Positions 38,335-50,215 are shown, counted from the stretch's first letter. The stretch is 64,000 nt of DNA from Octopus sinensis (GCF_006345805.1 NC_043010.1:23560001-23624000); one strand, 5' to 3'. Numbers and translations are program-made. The notes: generated from the letters alone by a model not told the origin.

Positions 38335-41300
38335 GTTCTATGTTTGACTTTTGCTTTATCTTTGTACAAGTTGGCTCCAAGTCTCACCCAGAGACCTCAA
38401 GTGACAACAGGTTGGAAGTTCGCGTTGTTGTTATGCCCAGTGTGCCATATATTTCGGGTCTTTTTTCGGTGTTGTACTAGTGAATGTCTAATAAATAAAT
38501 TTTTTTAAAAAGTTTGTTTTAAACCTTGAGATTACATAGAAAGTATTTTGCGTAGGATATGAGCAGTTCCCATGAGCACTATCTTTTGAATTTCTGCCAT
38601 TTTGGGGTTTCCTGGTATCTGAGTTAGGTAGCAATCAGCCCCTTTCGCTATCATTCCCAGGGCACCTATGACAACAGGTATTGTTTTAGTCTTCAGGTTC
38701 CACATTTTGCTGATTTCTATTTCCAGATCTTTATATTTGCCCAGTTTCTGGTAGGTCTTGACAGATACGTTTATATCGATTGGGACAGTCATATCAATGA
38801 GGAGGCATGTTCTTTTAATATGATGTCTGGCCTGTTTGCATCTATCTTTCTGTCAGTTTGAATGGTGAAGTTCCAGAGGAGTGAGATGTGGTCATTTTCA
38901 AGCACTGGAGGTGGATTGTGTTGCCACCAGATTTTTTTCATGGGGCAAATCCAGGTTTTTGCAAATTATCCAGTGAATATATTGTGCAGCTCTATCATGC
39001 CTGTTCAGATACTCCGCAGGCGCAAGAAGACTGCACTTGGAGACAACATGATCAATGGTTTCTTTCATTTTGTTGTCGACATACACGACATGTTGGGCTA
39101 CTGCCGTTCTTTAATACGTTGGCCTGGTAGTTTCTTGTTGGTAGGCATTGATCTTGAGCTGCTATGATAGACCCTTCTGCTTCAGATTTTAAGCCAGAGG
39201 CCATTAGTCATTGATGGGTTAGGGCTTTGTCAATATCCGCATTATTCGCTCTGTTTGGGTATTTGCCATAGAGAGGTTTTTCTTGCCATTTATTATTAGA
39301 GAATATCTAAGGCCGCATTTTTGGCACGAGTTTTCATGCGCTTAGCTTTTTCTGTGCTTGTTTCTTTTATGACAATCTCTAATTCCGAAATTTGTTGTAT
39401 TCGGAATTCACTAAGATGTTCCTTTGCCTGTTTTGTTACTGAGAATGATGCTTTCTTGTTTTCATGTTTTGAGACAAGTTTTAACATCCAGTCCTCAGAC
39501 TTTTTCAGGTAGGTGTCTAGGCCAATTGTAGCAATCTTCATTGGTATTGCCAGTTGTAAAAGTCCACGACCTCCATCTTTTCTTGGCAGATAAAGTCGTT
39601 CTGTATCTGCCTTAGGGTGGTGCATTCTATGCATTGTCAACAGTTTTCGTATTTTTCTGTCAAGCTGACATATTTCAGTAATTGACCAGTTAACGATATT
39701 GAAACTGTAAGTTACGACTGGTATTGCTAATGCATTGATCGCTTCGATCCTGTTTCTCGCATTCAGCTCTGTCTTGAGTATTGCTCTCACTCTTCAATAA
39801 CATTCTCTCCTGATCCTTTCCTTCATCCTTTAAATCATCCATGTAAATGAGATGATTTATATTTTTATCAAACATTTTATACCCGTACAGCGCGTCATTG
39901 AGCAGTATTAAGGCTAAACAAAAGATGAGTGGTGACAGTGAGTCACACTGGAAAATGCCACATGAAAATTTTAAATCACCAGCATTTAGGGTTTCAGTGT
40001 CACTGTTCAAAGTTAGTGTGGTTCTCAATGATCTCATACTTACAGTCAAAATATTTCGCAGAGTAGGTGCTATCTAATACATTTCCAGGCATTTCTTAAT
40101 CCAGCTATGTGGTAGGCTATCAAAAGCCTTTTTATAGTCTATCCAGGCTATTGATAAGTTTTTGTGTCGTTTGTGACAATCTTCTAAGATCATCTTATTG
40201 ATGAGTAGTTGATCTTTACAACCGTATGATCCACGTTTACATCTTTTCTGTTCATTAGGGAATATGCTGCTGTCTGTTAAAAATCTAAAAGTATATTCCG
40301 TCAGGACAGATGTTAGCGTTTTATACATTGTTGTTAAGCAGGTTATGGGTCTATAGTTTTTTGGTTCATTTGTTTCTTCACTTTTTAGAAGCAGGAATGT
40401 TAACCCATTAACTGGCCAAGAAGGCACCCTACTAGGGTGTTGCAAAACATCATTGTACAGTTCTGTTAGCAGTTCATGGCTCTCTGAGAAGGCATTCAGC
40501 CAGAAGTTAGGAATTTTATCCTTTCCTGGAGACTTCCATTTGCTTCACCTCCTGAGAGCAGATCTTATATCTTCTACCTTGACACCCTCCCACTTTTGCT
40601 CTTCTAAGGAGTCCAGTTCTGTAGATATTCTATCAATCCAGGGGTCCTTTTCGTTGTGTTTTTTCTTCTGCTCAAATTTTATTCCAAAACCCCTGCACTT
40701 CTTCTTTTGATGGTACAGACCTTACAGTAACTGCTGTTTTTCCTATCTTCCTGTAAACATTTTTGGGGTTATTTTTGAACATGTTGTTGTCCTTGAAAAA
40801 TCTAACACGCTTTTCATACCTCGCTATGCGAGCAGATTTGGCAGATACCTTTTGTTTGATGGTTTCTATCGTGACATCAATATCAAGTATAGTTTTCATA
40901 TTATATTTTTTCATTAATTTTGGGGTTTTTGTAGGTTTGGTAGTCTTGTGAACCTTAAGGTTTTTCAAATATTCAATGTCAGATCTAAATAGTTTAATTT
41001 GTTGTTGCAAACGCTCTTGCCAAGAAGGCTTTTTGTGGGAATGTTGCCGTTTTCTAATCTTTACACCACATAGGATCGTTGAGATTTTCGCGGATGCATA
41101 GTATACGTGGTTGAGATTTGTGATATCAACATCATTAGCTGAAATTATATCCTTAAGTGCAAGCCAGACTTTACCAATTATTTTCATGTTTTGTTTAGAG
41201 TTGCGGATTTTAGGGAGTGCATCGCGTTCATCCATGCTGGTTTCTTTAATCTTCAGCCATTCAATCATGATTTGATTTTTTTAGCTCATGTAGTTCTGTT

Positions 41301-42265
41301 GCATCCATATTTGTGTGACTTTCTTTATCTATTTGATGTTCATCTGTCTTAGTGTTTATGATTGGTTCAGGGAGCATTTCACTTTGCCTATCACTTATAC
41401 TAACTCGTTCAATCCTTACTTCGTTTATATCAGCGCTGGGCTGGTCTATAATTATTTCCTCTGTATTATCTTCTCTAGCTGCAGCTTCGTTCATTTTATC
41501 CGTTACTGCCCGTCTAACTTGATCAATCTCTACTTCAGTCAGTAATTTTTTTTTATAATGTTTCTTCTGACGTTGGCAAGTTTGTTACTGTCTATGTAGG
41601 GTCTTGCTTCAGGGTGTTTCTGTCTCCAGTTTAAGTATGTTTGTGCAGTGTTAGATTTATCTGTGGGGAAATATATGACATGGTAGAAGGCCGCAAGAAC
41701 TTCTTTATTATCTTCCCTAGACCAATTTTCGTTCTTTTTTTTTTATTATTTGGTGACGAGCATGGATGGCCATCTGTTGGAATATTCCGGTTGTGGGGTA
41801 CGTCCAGCTCCTGTGTATTGGGAAGATTTGATCCAGTAGCTGATTTTTCAATCAGAATTTGGTTCAATTTTCGGGTACGTGGTCTTTTGTAATCCGCGCG
41901 GTGACCATTGCGGTTTGTAGTTTGTTTGTTGACATTGACGCATGACGAGATTCCACTCTTACATTAGGAGATGGATCTGTCAGTTTAGGGTTCTCTACAC
42001 GTAAGCATTGCTCGTAGCGCAGCTTCTTAAGGCTAGCAGATCTGTATTCGTCTGTATTTTTTTTGTTGATAGTTTTATCTCCGAACATATTTTTTCCCCT
42101 TTTCTTTTCCTTCTCTTCCTTTTTTCCTCTCTCTTTTTTCTTTCTCCTTCTTCCCCTTTTTCCTTCCTTCTTTTCCCTTCCTCTTTTAAACTTATAAAAG
42201 GCTCACTCTGCCTGTATTAGTTCGAAAAAATGAGAATAAAATACGGGAAAAAAGGGGTCTGTCAG
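38335..42265 (-). mobile_element. Apparently full-length but decayed R4/Dong-clade element (~3.9 kb)
   Basis: N-terminal region, PKNYRPITCL, GCKDQLLIN, AWIDYKKAFDS, CDSLSPL, YMDDLK (about 240 nt deleted after it), RMHHPKAD, RHD and RLE; (TAA)n on both flanks; 3' UTR nearly identical to 31860-32055. Confidence 0.93.
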
Positions 42266-42271
42266 TTATTA

Positions 42272-42330
<59 letters not shown>

Positions 42331-44413
42331 GTCATTTACTTTTAATCTGCATGTTTGATGCAATCACTTGCCGGGACACACCCAGCGCCCTAGGGCAAGT
42401 GAAGGTTAAGAGTTGTTGAAATATAGCTGAAAGCTTGGGGAGGGGAAGTAGAGAAATATCTCCATGTAATACAAACACAAACATTTACATTGATAGGGTT
42501 TTTCTAAGGATGTGGGCAGTACTTGTTAGCACAATCTTTTGGATTTCCTTGAGACATGGTTCTCCAGGGATATTGTCTAGGTGTTTCTGACATCCCTTTT
42601 TTATCATACCTAGGGTACCTACGATAACAGGAACAGTTTTTTTTTTAAGATTCCACATCTTTTGTATTTCGATTTCCAGGTCCTTATATTTACTAAGTTT
42701 GTCAAATTCCTTTACAGATACATTTTTATCAGTGGGGACGCTTACCTCTATTAGTCTGCAGGTATTTTCTTCCCTGTCTTTAACAATTAAGTCTGGTCGA
42801 TTAGCCTTGATCGTTGTCAGTGTTGACTGGAAAATCCCAGAGGATGGTGACATCCTTACCTTCAACAACTGGCTGAGGATGGTGTTCATACCAGTTAGCA
42901 GGAGTGTCGAATTTGTAGTATTTACATATCTTCCAATGTATATACTGTCCTACCCTATCGTGGCGATTTTTGTATTCGTTTGGTGTCAGCACAGGACATC
43001 CCGAAACGAGATGGTCTATCGTTTCGTCAAATGTGTCGCAGAATATGCATTTAGGGTCAGTACCGTTTCGGAGAACGTTAGCCTGGTAATTTCTGGTAAA
43101 CAAGCTTTGATCTTGTGCTGCCATTATGAAGCCTTCAGTCTCTGCTTTCAATCCAGAACTCTTCAGCCACTGATGGGTTGTTGCTTGGTCTACATCAGCA
43201 TTTTGGCTTCGGAGAATATATTGTCCATGCAGGGTCTTCTGGCTCCACCGCCTCTCAATTTGATTCTGCCCGTTCTTTTTTGCAGTCTGCTTGATTCGCT
43301 TTGCTTGCTTGGTAGCAGTGGTTTCCGGCTCTTCATCTGATTCAAGGTTAATGTGTAGTTCTCTTTCGAACTTATAGGCTTCCTTGACAATAGAATGCAG
43401 CTTTTTGCTGCTTTCGTGTTCGCACACAAGTCGCAGCATCCAGTCCTTTGTACTAGATAGGTACCTGTTCATTCCTACAGTAGAGGTCTTATAGCACAGC
43501 TCTAATTGCATCATTCCTCTCCCCCCGCTGCTTCTAGGTAGGTACAGGCGGTCTACATCTGCCTTAGGGTGGTGCATGCTCTTGGATGTCAGTAATTTTC
43601 TTGTCTTCCTGTCCAAGCGTTGGAGTTCCGTAAGGTTCCAGTTAATGATAAAACTGTACTGGACTACTGGAAGCGCCAGGGTGTTAATGGCCTCAATGCA
43701 ATTTTTGGAGTTGAGTTCAGTCTTCAGTACAAACCTTATTCTCTTATAGTATTCCTTTCTTATTTTTTCCTTCATAGTAGCATGATGTATACCATCTCCT
43801 TCGTTGATTCCTAGGTATTTGTAACTTTCTTGTGGGTCAAGTTCCTTGATGGTAGTGTCAATATCTAATTTAACAGAAGCTGTTTGCCTGAGCTTGCCTC
43901 TTACAAAAGTTGCTTTAGCACACTTATCAAGGCCAAAATCCATTCCGATATCATTGCTAAACTCTTTAACAGTTGTTAGCAGCCCTTGGTAATTCCTGGC
44001 AAACAGCTTTATGTCGTCCATATAGAAAAGGTGGTTTATTAACTTACTAAAAACTTTGTACCCATATCTGGTACTATCCAATTCGTTTGAGAGTGGGATC
44101 AGTGCCATGCAAAAAAGTAATGGAGAGAGGGAGTCACCTTGAAAGATGCCTCGTTTGATGTTGATGCTGTTGGACTGGCTCATCCCATTACTATGGCTTA
44201 GAAAGAGACGTGTGTCCCACATGGTCATGCTATTCTCTAAGAATTTTGAGACGACAGGAGAGATCTTGTATATCTCAAGGGCCTTGAGTATCCATTTATG
44301 TGGGACACTGTCATACGCTTTCCTGTAGTCTATCCATGCCATACTCAGGTTTTTGTTTTTGCTCCGGCAATTCTCTACAATCATTCTGTTTATGAGCAAT
44401 TGGTCTTTGCACC
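42331..44413 (-). mobile_element. R4/Dong-clade element, 5'-truncated, relatively intact
   Basis: RT-knuckle-RLE with one frameshift; the 3' end runs into the TAA array that precedes the 38335-42265 element. Confidence 0.95.
42801..44399 (-). CDS. R4/Dong RT-zinc knuckle frame (532 aa, truncated; RLE continues in 42485-42889)
   Basis: AWIDYRKAYDSVPH, QGDSLSPL, FYMDDIKL, CIFCDTFDETIDHLVSGC, RHD. Confidence 0.88.
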   Translation of the reverse strand: MLINRMIVENCRSKNKNLSMAWIDYRKAYDSVPHKWILKALEIYKISPVVSKFLENSMTMWDTRLFLSHSNGMSQSNSINIKRGIFQGDSLSPLLFCMALIPLSNELDSTRYGYKVFSKLINHLFYMDDIKLFARNYQGLLTTVKEFSNDIGMDFGLDKCAKATFVRGKLRQTASVKLDIDTTIKELDPQESYKYLGINEGDGIHHATMKEKIRKEYYKRIRFVLKTELNSKNCIEAINTLALPVVQYSFIINWNLTELQRLDRKTRKLLTSKSMHHPKADVDRLYLPRSSGGRGMMQLELCYKTSTVGMNRYLSSTKDWMLRLVCEHESSKKLHSIVKEAYKFERELHINLESDEEPETTATKQAKRIKQTAKKNGQNQIERRWSQKTLHGQYILRSQNADVDQATTHQWLKSSGLKAETEGFIMAAQDQSLFTRNYQANVLRNGTDPKCIFCDTFDETIDHLVSGCPVLTPNEYKNRHDRVGQYIHWKICKYYKFDTPANWYEHHPQPVVEGKDVTILWDFPVNTDNDQG

Positions 44414-44560
44414 AATGCCTTGTGAGTGGATTTGGTAGACGGAAACTGAAAGAAGCCTATCGTATATATGTATGTGTGTGTGTGTGTTTGTGTGCCTGTG
44501 TTTGTCCCCCTAGCATTGCTTGACAACCGATGCTGGTGTGTTTACGTCCCCGTCATATTG
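44414..44560 (+). mobile_element. SINE family 1, internal fragment
   Basis: gccttgtgagtggatttggtagacggaaactgaaagaagcc...ttgacaaccgatgctggtgtgtttacgtcccc. Confidence 0.85.
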
Positions 44561-44895
44561 CTTTATGTGTAGTCACAGCAGTATCTTATTACTGTTATTT
44601 TTGTTTTTGTCATTATCACCATCACCACCACTAAGCTGTAGATATTTTGAGGGAAATTCAAATTACTCACAGAAAACCGTAGATCTTCCAGTTTTTTACA
44701 GTTGTTTTTTTTCAGTTGTCCTGCTGGGTTTGCTACTGCCAGTTCAGAGCATCGAAAAAATACGTCCAGCCTCTGTCACCTCCAGCCGCCGCCGCCTTCT
44801 TCTTCTTCTTCTTCTTCTTCTTCTTCTTCTTCTTCTTCTTCTTCTTCTTCTTCTTCTTCTTCTTCTTCTTCTTCTTCTTCTTCTTCTTCTTCTGC

Positions 44896-44928
<33 letters not shown>

Positions 44929-44930
44929 TA

Positions 44931-44977
<47 letters not shown>

Positions 44978-44982
<5 letters not shown>

Positions 44983-45048
44983 CTCACTGCCTGGAAACGA
45001 ACTCGGAATCTTCGGATTAGTAACCCATGCTCTTAACCACTACGCCAT
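44978..45048 (-). mobile_element. tRNA-like SINE head running into (TAA)n
   Basis: TGGCGTAGTGG A box and GAGTTCGTTTCC B-box-like; inverted partner of 45055-45125. Confidence 0.75.
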
Positions 45049-45054
45049 ATGCCT

Positions 45055-45125
45055 GTGGCCTAGTGGTTAAGAGTGCGGGGTACTAACCCCAACATTCCGA
45101 GTTCGTTTCCAGGCAGTTACCTGAA
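45055..45125 (+). mobile_element. tRNA-like SINE head running into (TAC)/(TAA)n
   Basis: TGGCCTAGTGG A box and GAGTTCGTTTCC B-box-like. Confidence 0.75.
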
Positions 45126-45226
45126 TACTACTACTACTACTACTACTAATGCTACTACTACTACTACTACTACTACTACTAATGCTACTACTACTACTAC
45201 TACACTACTACTACTACTACTACTAC

Positions 45227-45275
<49 letters not shown>

Positions 45276-45277
<2 letters not shown>

Positions 45278-48200
45278 GATACAAGAAACAAGATACAAGA
45301 TACAAGAAACAAGATACAAGAAACAAGATACAAGAAATTCTATTGTACCTGTTAAAGACAGTCAGGGAAACGAAAAAACAACAGTAACTGAAGATCTCGC
45401 ATTTGCTGAAGAACACAGAGAGTCTATGGCAGAAATGAGGCAGAAAATCCTGAATACGCTTGAAGTTGTAAGACATACAAGTATGAATGATAGAGAACCA
45501 CTTCATAAACTCTCAAATACAAACCAAAATAAAGAACAAATCCAAATTGGCAACTGTAACAAATGAAATAATACGAGAATTAAAACCTGATTTTACTGAG
45601 TTAAATGAAATTATTTACGCTTCTGCTAGGGCAATTGAAACCAGCTGTATGCCCCCGAAAAAACAAAGAAAACAAAACCTGGGAAGAAATCAAACCTGAA
45701 GAAGTAAAATTGAAAAAGAGATTGAATTTATGAGAGGGGAAATATCAATATTAAATGAACTAATATGTGGAAATGATGTAAGATCCAGAACAGGAAGAAA
45801 GATGAAGAGAAAATTTGAATCCTCACCAAGAGAAGAACTGATATCAATAAAAGAAGACTGAAACAAAAAGTCCAAGCAAAAGCCCAAAGAATACGAAGAT
45901 TTGAGAAGAGAAACAAGTTTTACAAGCAAAATAACTGTTCACATCCATTGCCAAAAAATTCTACAGAGAAATAAGGAAGGAGAAAGTAACCGTTAAAGAC
46001 CCCCCTCCCATGGAAGAAGTTCAAAACTTTTGGAAAAGGATTTGGAGTGACAAGAAGACGTACAACATAAATGCAGACTGGATTATACAAACTGAAGGAT
46101 CCTACCAAAATTTACAACAACAAGCATGGGAAGACATCACAATAGGAGACCTAAGAAAGGCACTCACGAAGGCCCATAATTGGAAATCCCCCGGTAAAGA
46201 TAGGGTGCCGAATTTCTGGCTCGCATCGCTCCCATGGGCACACGGTAAGCTAGTTCAGCTGCTCAATGGAATTATGAGAGACCCAAAGAAAACACCTTAA
46301 TGGTTAGCAAAGAATAACGAAACCAACCTTCCAAATAACTATCGGCCTATAACCTGTCTATCCACCACGTATAAAATCCTAACATCTATCCTGGCGGAGA
46401 AAAGATATGCATTCATGGAGAAGAACGATATTTTCCCCATTGAACAAAAAGGGTGCCGCCGAGGCTCTTACGGATGCAAAGATCAACTGCTGATCAATCG
46501 TATGATCCTTGAGAACTGTCACAACAAGCGCAGAAATCTCAGCACCGCATGGATTGACTATAAAAAGGCCTTCGACAGTATACCGCATCCATGGATCTTG
46601 AGATCGCTGGACATCTTCAAAATTTCCCCTGTGATTTCAAACTTCCTGAAGCACAATATGTCGTTGTGGAATACGAATCTCCAATTATACCACTCTAATG
46701 GAGTACTTGACTCAGAAAATATAAACATCAACTGTGGAATTTTTCAAGGTGACTCACTTTCACCTTTAATATTCTGCATAGCCCTAATATCCCTTACAAG
46801 TGAATTAAACAGAACAGGGTATGGGTATAAAATTGCCAATAAAAAATAAGCCATCTATTTTATATGGATGACTTAAAACTTTATGGTAAAGACAATAAGA
46901 ACTTGAAGGCCTATTGCACACCGTGAAAGCATTCAGCGATGACATCGGGATGGAGTTTGGACTTGAGAAGTGTGCCAAGGCCACTTTCCAGAAAGGGAAA
47001 GTGAAGACCACAAATTCAGTCGTGTTAGATGTTGACACAGTCATAAGAGAGCTTGAGCAAGAACAAACATACAAATATTTAGGGATAAATGAAGGCTCTG
47101 GTATTCAGCATGCAAGCATGAAAGAGAAAATCAGGAAGGAATGTTATAGGAGAGTTCGTGCAGTCCTGAAATCTGAACTAAATGCACGTAACAAGGTGTT
47201 AGCTATAAATTCCTTAGCAGTTCCAGTTGTTACTTATAGCTACAATGTGTTGAACTGGAATATGAGTGAAGTAAAGAATATAGATAGGAAATACGCAAGC
47301 TGCTGAGTTGTAATAGGATGCACCACCCAAAGGCAGACGTAGATCGCCTTTACCTTCCCAGAGCCCAAGGAGGTCGAGGCCTGATCCAATTTGAACTAGC
47401 TTACAAAACAACCACAATTGGACTGGCCAAATATCTCGAAATATCGAATTACTGGATGCTAAAGCTCGTGGAAAATCACGAGAGACGAAAGAAGCTTCAT
47501 TCTATCATAAAGGAAAGCAAAAAATTTGCTATTGATCTCGTGCAGGATACCCAAACTGAACAACCCGAGGGAAGTACGGCAACTATTGTTGCAAAGAAGG
47601 TGAAAATGATGGCAATGAAAAAAGCGCACGAGCAATTGGCTGATAGGTGGGAGGAGAAACCTCTGCACGGCAAATATGTGACCCGCAGCAAACAAGCTGA
47701 TGTTGACCAGAAGCAAACCCATCAGTGGCTACGGAGCTCAGGGCTAAAAGCAGAGAGCGAAGGTTTCATCCTGGCTGCTCAAGATCAAAGCCTATTAACC
47801 CGGAACTACCAGGCCAATGTGATGAAAAATGGAGCAGACCCAAAAAAAGCCGATTCTGCAACGACATGATTGAAACAGTGGACCACCTAATCTCTGGATG
47901 TAAAGTCTTAGCACCAGTGGAGTATAAATTAAGACATGACAGAGTTGGCCAATATCTCCACTGGCTAATAAGTTGGCATTACAATATCAAAACTGCCGAC
48001 AAGTGGTATAATCACCACCCTGAGGCTGTAACTGAAGGACAAAATGTAACCATTCTGTGGGACTTTCCAGTACATACAGACCGACCCATCAAGGCCAATA
48101 AACCAGATATTGTTGTGAAAGACCAAAACAATAAAGTTTGCTTATTGATCGACATGAGCATCCCCTGTGATCATAATATCTCAGCGAAAGAGTTTGACAA

Positions 48201-48590
48201 GCTCAGAAAATATAAAGACCTACTCATTGAAATTGAGAAAATGTGGCATCTCAAGGCGGTTACAATACCAGTGATCGTAGGAGCACTAGGAATGATCAAG
48301 AAGTGAACCGAAAATTATATGAGAATGATCCCTGGCTTACCATCCCTGCAAGAAGTGCAATAGATTGTCTTAACTGGTACATCACACGTATTGAGAAGAG
48401 CATTGTCGATGTGACAACTGTTGGTGCTCATGTATTTTAATTTAACTTTAAAAAAAAAATTAATAAATAATAAACGAACTACTGAGTTTGGTTTAATGGC
48501 TTACCAATGTATACTATGAGTTTCTTTGCCCTAGGACTCGGGAAGACACTCGGCAAGAAATGGAAGCAAATTTGAAAGAAGAAAAAAAAA

Positions 48591-48591
<1 letters not shown>
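45276..48591 (+). mobile_element. R4/Dong-clade element, 5'-truncated, many frameshifts
   Basis: KSPGKDRVPNFWL, YRPITCL, GCKDQLLINRM, QGDSLSPL, YMDDLKL, MHHPKADVDRLY, RHD, LWDFPVHTDRPIKANKPDI; (TAA)n on both flanks. Confidence 0.93.
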
Positions 48592-48645
<54 letters not shown>

Positions 48646-48646
48646 C

Positions 48647-48797
48647 AACATCGAAAAATACCTTAGGAATGAGAATCCAGATTGGAAATTTCCCCCAAGA
48701 CACCTGATGAAGGCTGGAGGGTATATCAGCCGAAACGTTGAGTTAACAACAAACAAGATGAGGACAAATATCCGTTAAATGTAAATAATGTACATAA
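48647..48797 (+). mobile_element. HHR-containing short element body
   Basis: aacatcgaaaaataccttagg...gatgaggacaaatatccg; directly follows (TAA)n. Confidence 0.8.
48699..48744 (+). ncRNA. Minimal hammerhead motif (extra A after A9)
   Basis: GACAC CTGATGA A GGCTG-gagggtatat-CAGCC GAAA CGTT GAGTT; palindromic ACGT stem III; one mismatch in stem I. Confidence 0.55.
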
Positions 48798-48907
48798 TTT
48801 CTCATCTCTTGAATATAGAACTATAAAGAATACGTACAGACACGCCCATGTCTATGTATAAAGAATAGCAAGCATTCAAACATTGTTACATACAGTCTAA
48901 TATTTAG

Positions 48908-49078
48908 AGAGGCATAGGTCGATCAGTTGGTAAAAAGTTTTGCTTCTCAGCCACTTGGTTCTAGTTTTAGTGCCACTGCGAGACACCTTGGGCAGATGTC
49001 CTTTGCTATAGACCTGGACCGACCGAAGTCGCGTGAGTGGGTTTGGTTGGCGGATACAGAAAGAAGCCCGTCGCATAT
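48908..49078 (+). mobile_element. SINE family 1, 5' part, degraded
   Basis: ccactgcgagacaccttgggcag...gtgagtgggtttggt...gaaagaagcccgtcg. Confidence 0.65.
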
Positions 49079-49353
49079 ATATATAATTATTGAATAATTT
49101 TCACTAACATTATTTAGAATAATGTTAATAATAAAGTGGTTAGCAAGTTTAGACATTTATAGGGAAAATATAAATGAAATACACAAGGGCGTTGCTAAGA
49201 GCATTGTGTTTTAGAGCGACAGCTCTGTTCATAGGAAGTAGAATTTATATGTATATATATATATATATATAACAATTGCAGCGTGGAAGGTGTTTATAAG
49301 CCATTTAAGGAACACACAAAAGCCGTTCGATTCACTTCAACATTTAAGTTTAA

Positions 49354-49403
49354 TTTGTCAAAATATTTTCGTCGCTAAAATCCGCGACCTGTTCACTGAC
49401 AAA
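49354..49403 (-). ncRNA. Minimal hammerhead motif, G3-C8 core variant
   Basis: TTTGTCA GTGAACA G GTCGC-ggatttta-GCGAC GAAA ATATTT TGACAAA. Confidence 0.55.
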
Positions 49404-49412
49404 AATCCGTGC

Positions 49413-49460
49413 TTGTCAGTGAACAGGTCGCGGATTTTAGCGACGAAAATATTTTGACAA
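49413..49460 (+). ncRNA. Minimal hammerhead motif, G3-C8 core variant
   Basis: TTGTCA GTGAACA G GTCGC-ggatttta-GCGAC GAAA ATATTT TGACAA. Confidence 0.55.
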
Positions 49461-49599
49461 ATTAAACTTAAATGTTGAAGTGAATCGAACGGCTTTTGTG
49501 TGTTTCTTAAATGGCTTATAAACACCTTCCACGCTGCAATTGTTTTCGTTTCAGCACACGATCTCAGATCAAATTACTTGCTGTGCGAGTACATCTCCG

Positions 49600-49630
<31 letters not shown>

Positions 49631-49635
<5 letters not shown>

Positions 49636-50203
49636 ATAAAATACAGTGCACGTTTAAACACATAAGGAATCCTCTCGTGGGATTTAACACGATAGAAAGA
49701 ACAGCTAGGTTCTATTTAAGTTCCATTTCCCTTTGATTAGATTAAGTATTGTATGTTTTTGGATAATTTTCGGTTTTAAAAGTTAGCATTTTTTATTGCC
49801 GGCGAAGGGCTGCATCTGCGCAGTAGATTTTGAAAAAAATTAAGATGTATAAACAAGAGGCACATAGTTGATTGCATCGTGTTTATATATTTAATCTAAG
49901 GTGTACCTGTGGAGAACGATTTCACCTAGCGGGTAAATGGCATTTAATCCGAAACCAATTGGTCCAGGAAACTAGGTGGTGAAATGTTTTTATTTTCATT
50001 TCGTTCCTGTCGAATTTTATCCCTGATTTTGTGGTTATAGAACCTAGCTGTTCTTTCTAGCGTGTTGAATCCCACGAGTGGATTCCTTATGTGTTTAAAT
50101 GTACACTGTATTTTATGACTAATTCATATTCTTTTAGGACTAAATTTTTACACGTTAGGTCACTGGAAATGAAAATTTCTATTAATTTCCATTTCCCTTT
50201 GAT
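49631..50203. repeat. 85-bp inverted repeat (49631-49715 / 50037-50121) plus a 17-bp direct repeat
   Basis: tagtcataaaatacagtg...aggttctat versus its reverse complement; ttccatttccctttgat at 49721 and 50187. Confidence 0.8.
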
Positions 50204-50215
50204 ATGATTATATCT

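Larger units (their letters stand above)
49271..49602. mobile_element. Near-perfect fold-back element (130-bp arms 49271-49400 / 49415-49544 + extension)
   Basis: One mismatch seen between arms; 14-nt loop; both ends abut (TA)n. Confidence 0.9.

Noticed and set aside
45055-45125. Genuine tRNA gene
   Set aside because: No pairing acceptor stem, an altered B box and direct run-off into microsatellite; treated as a SINE head.
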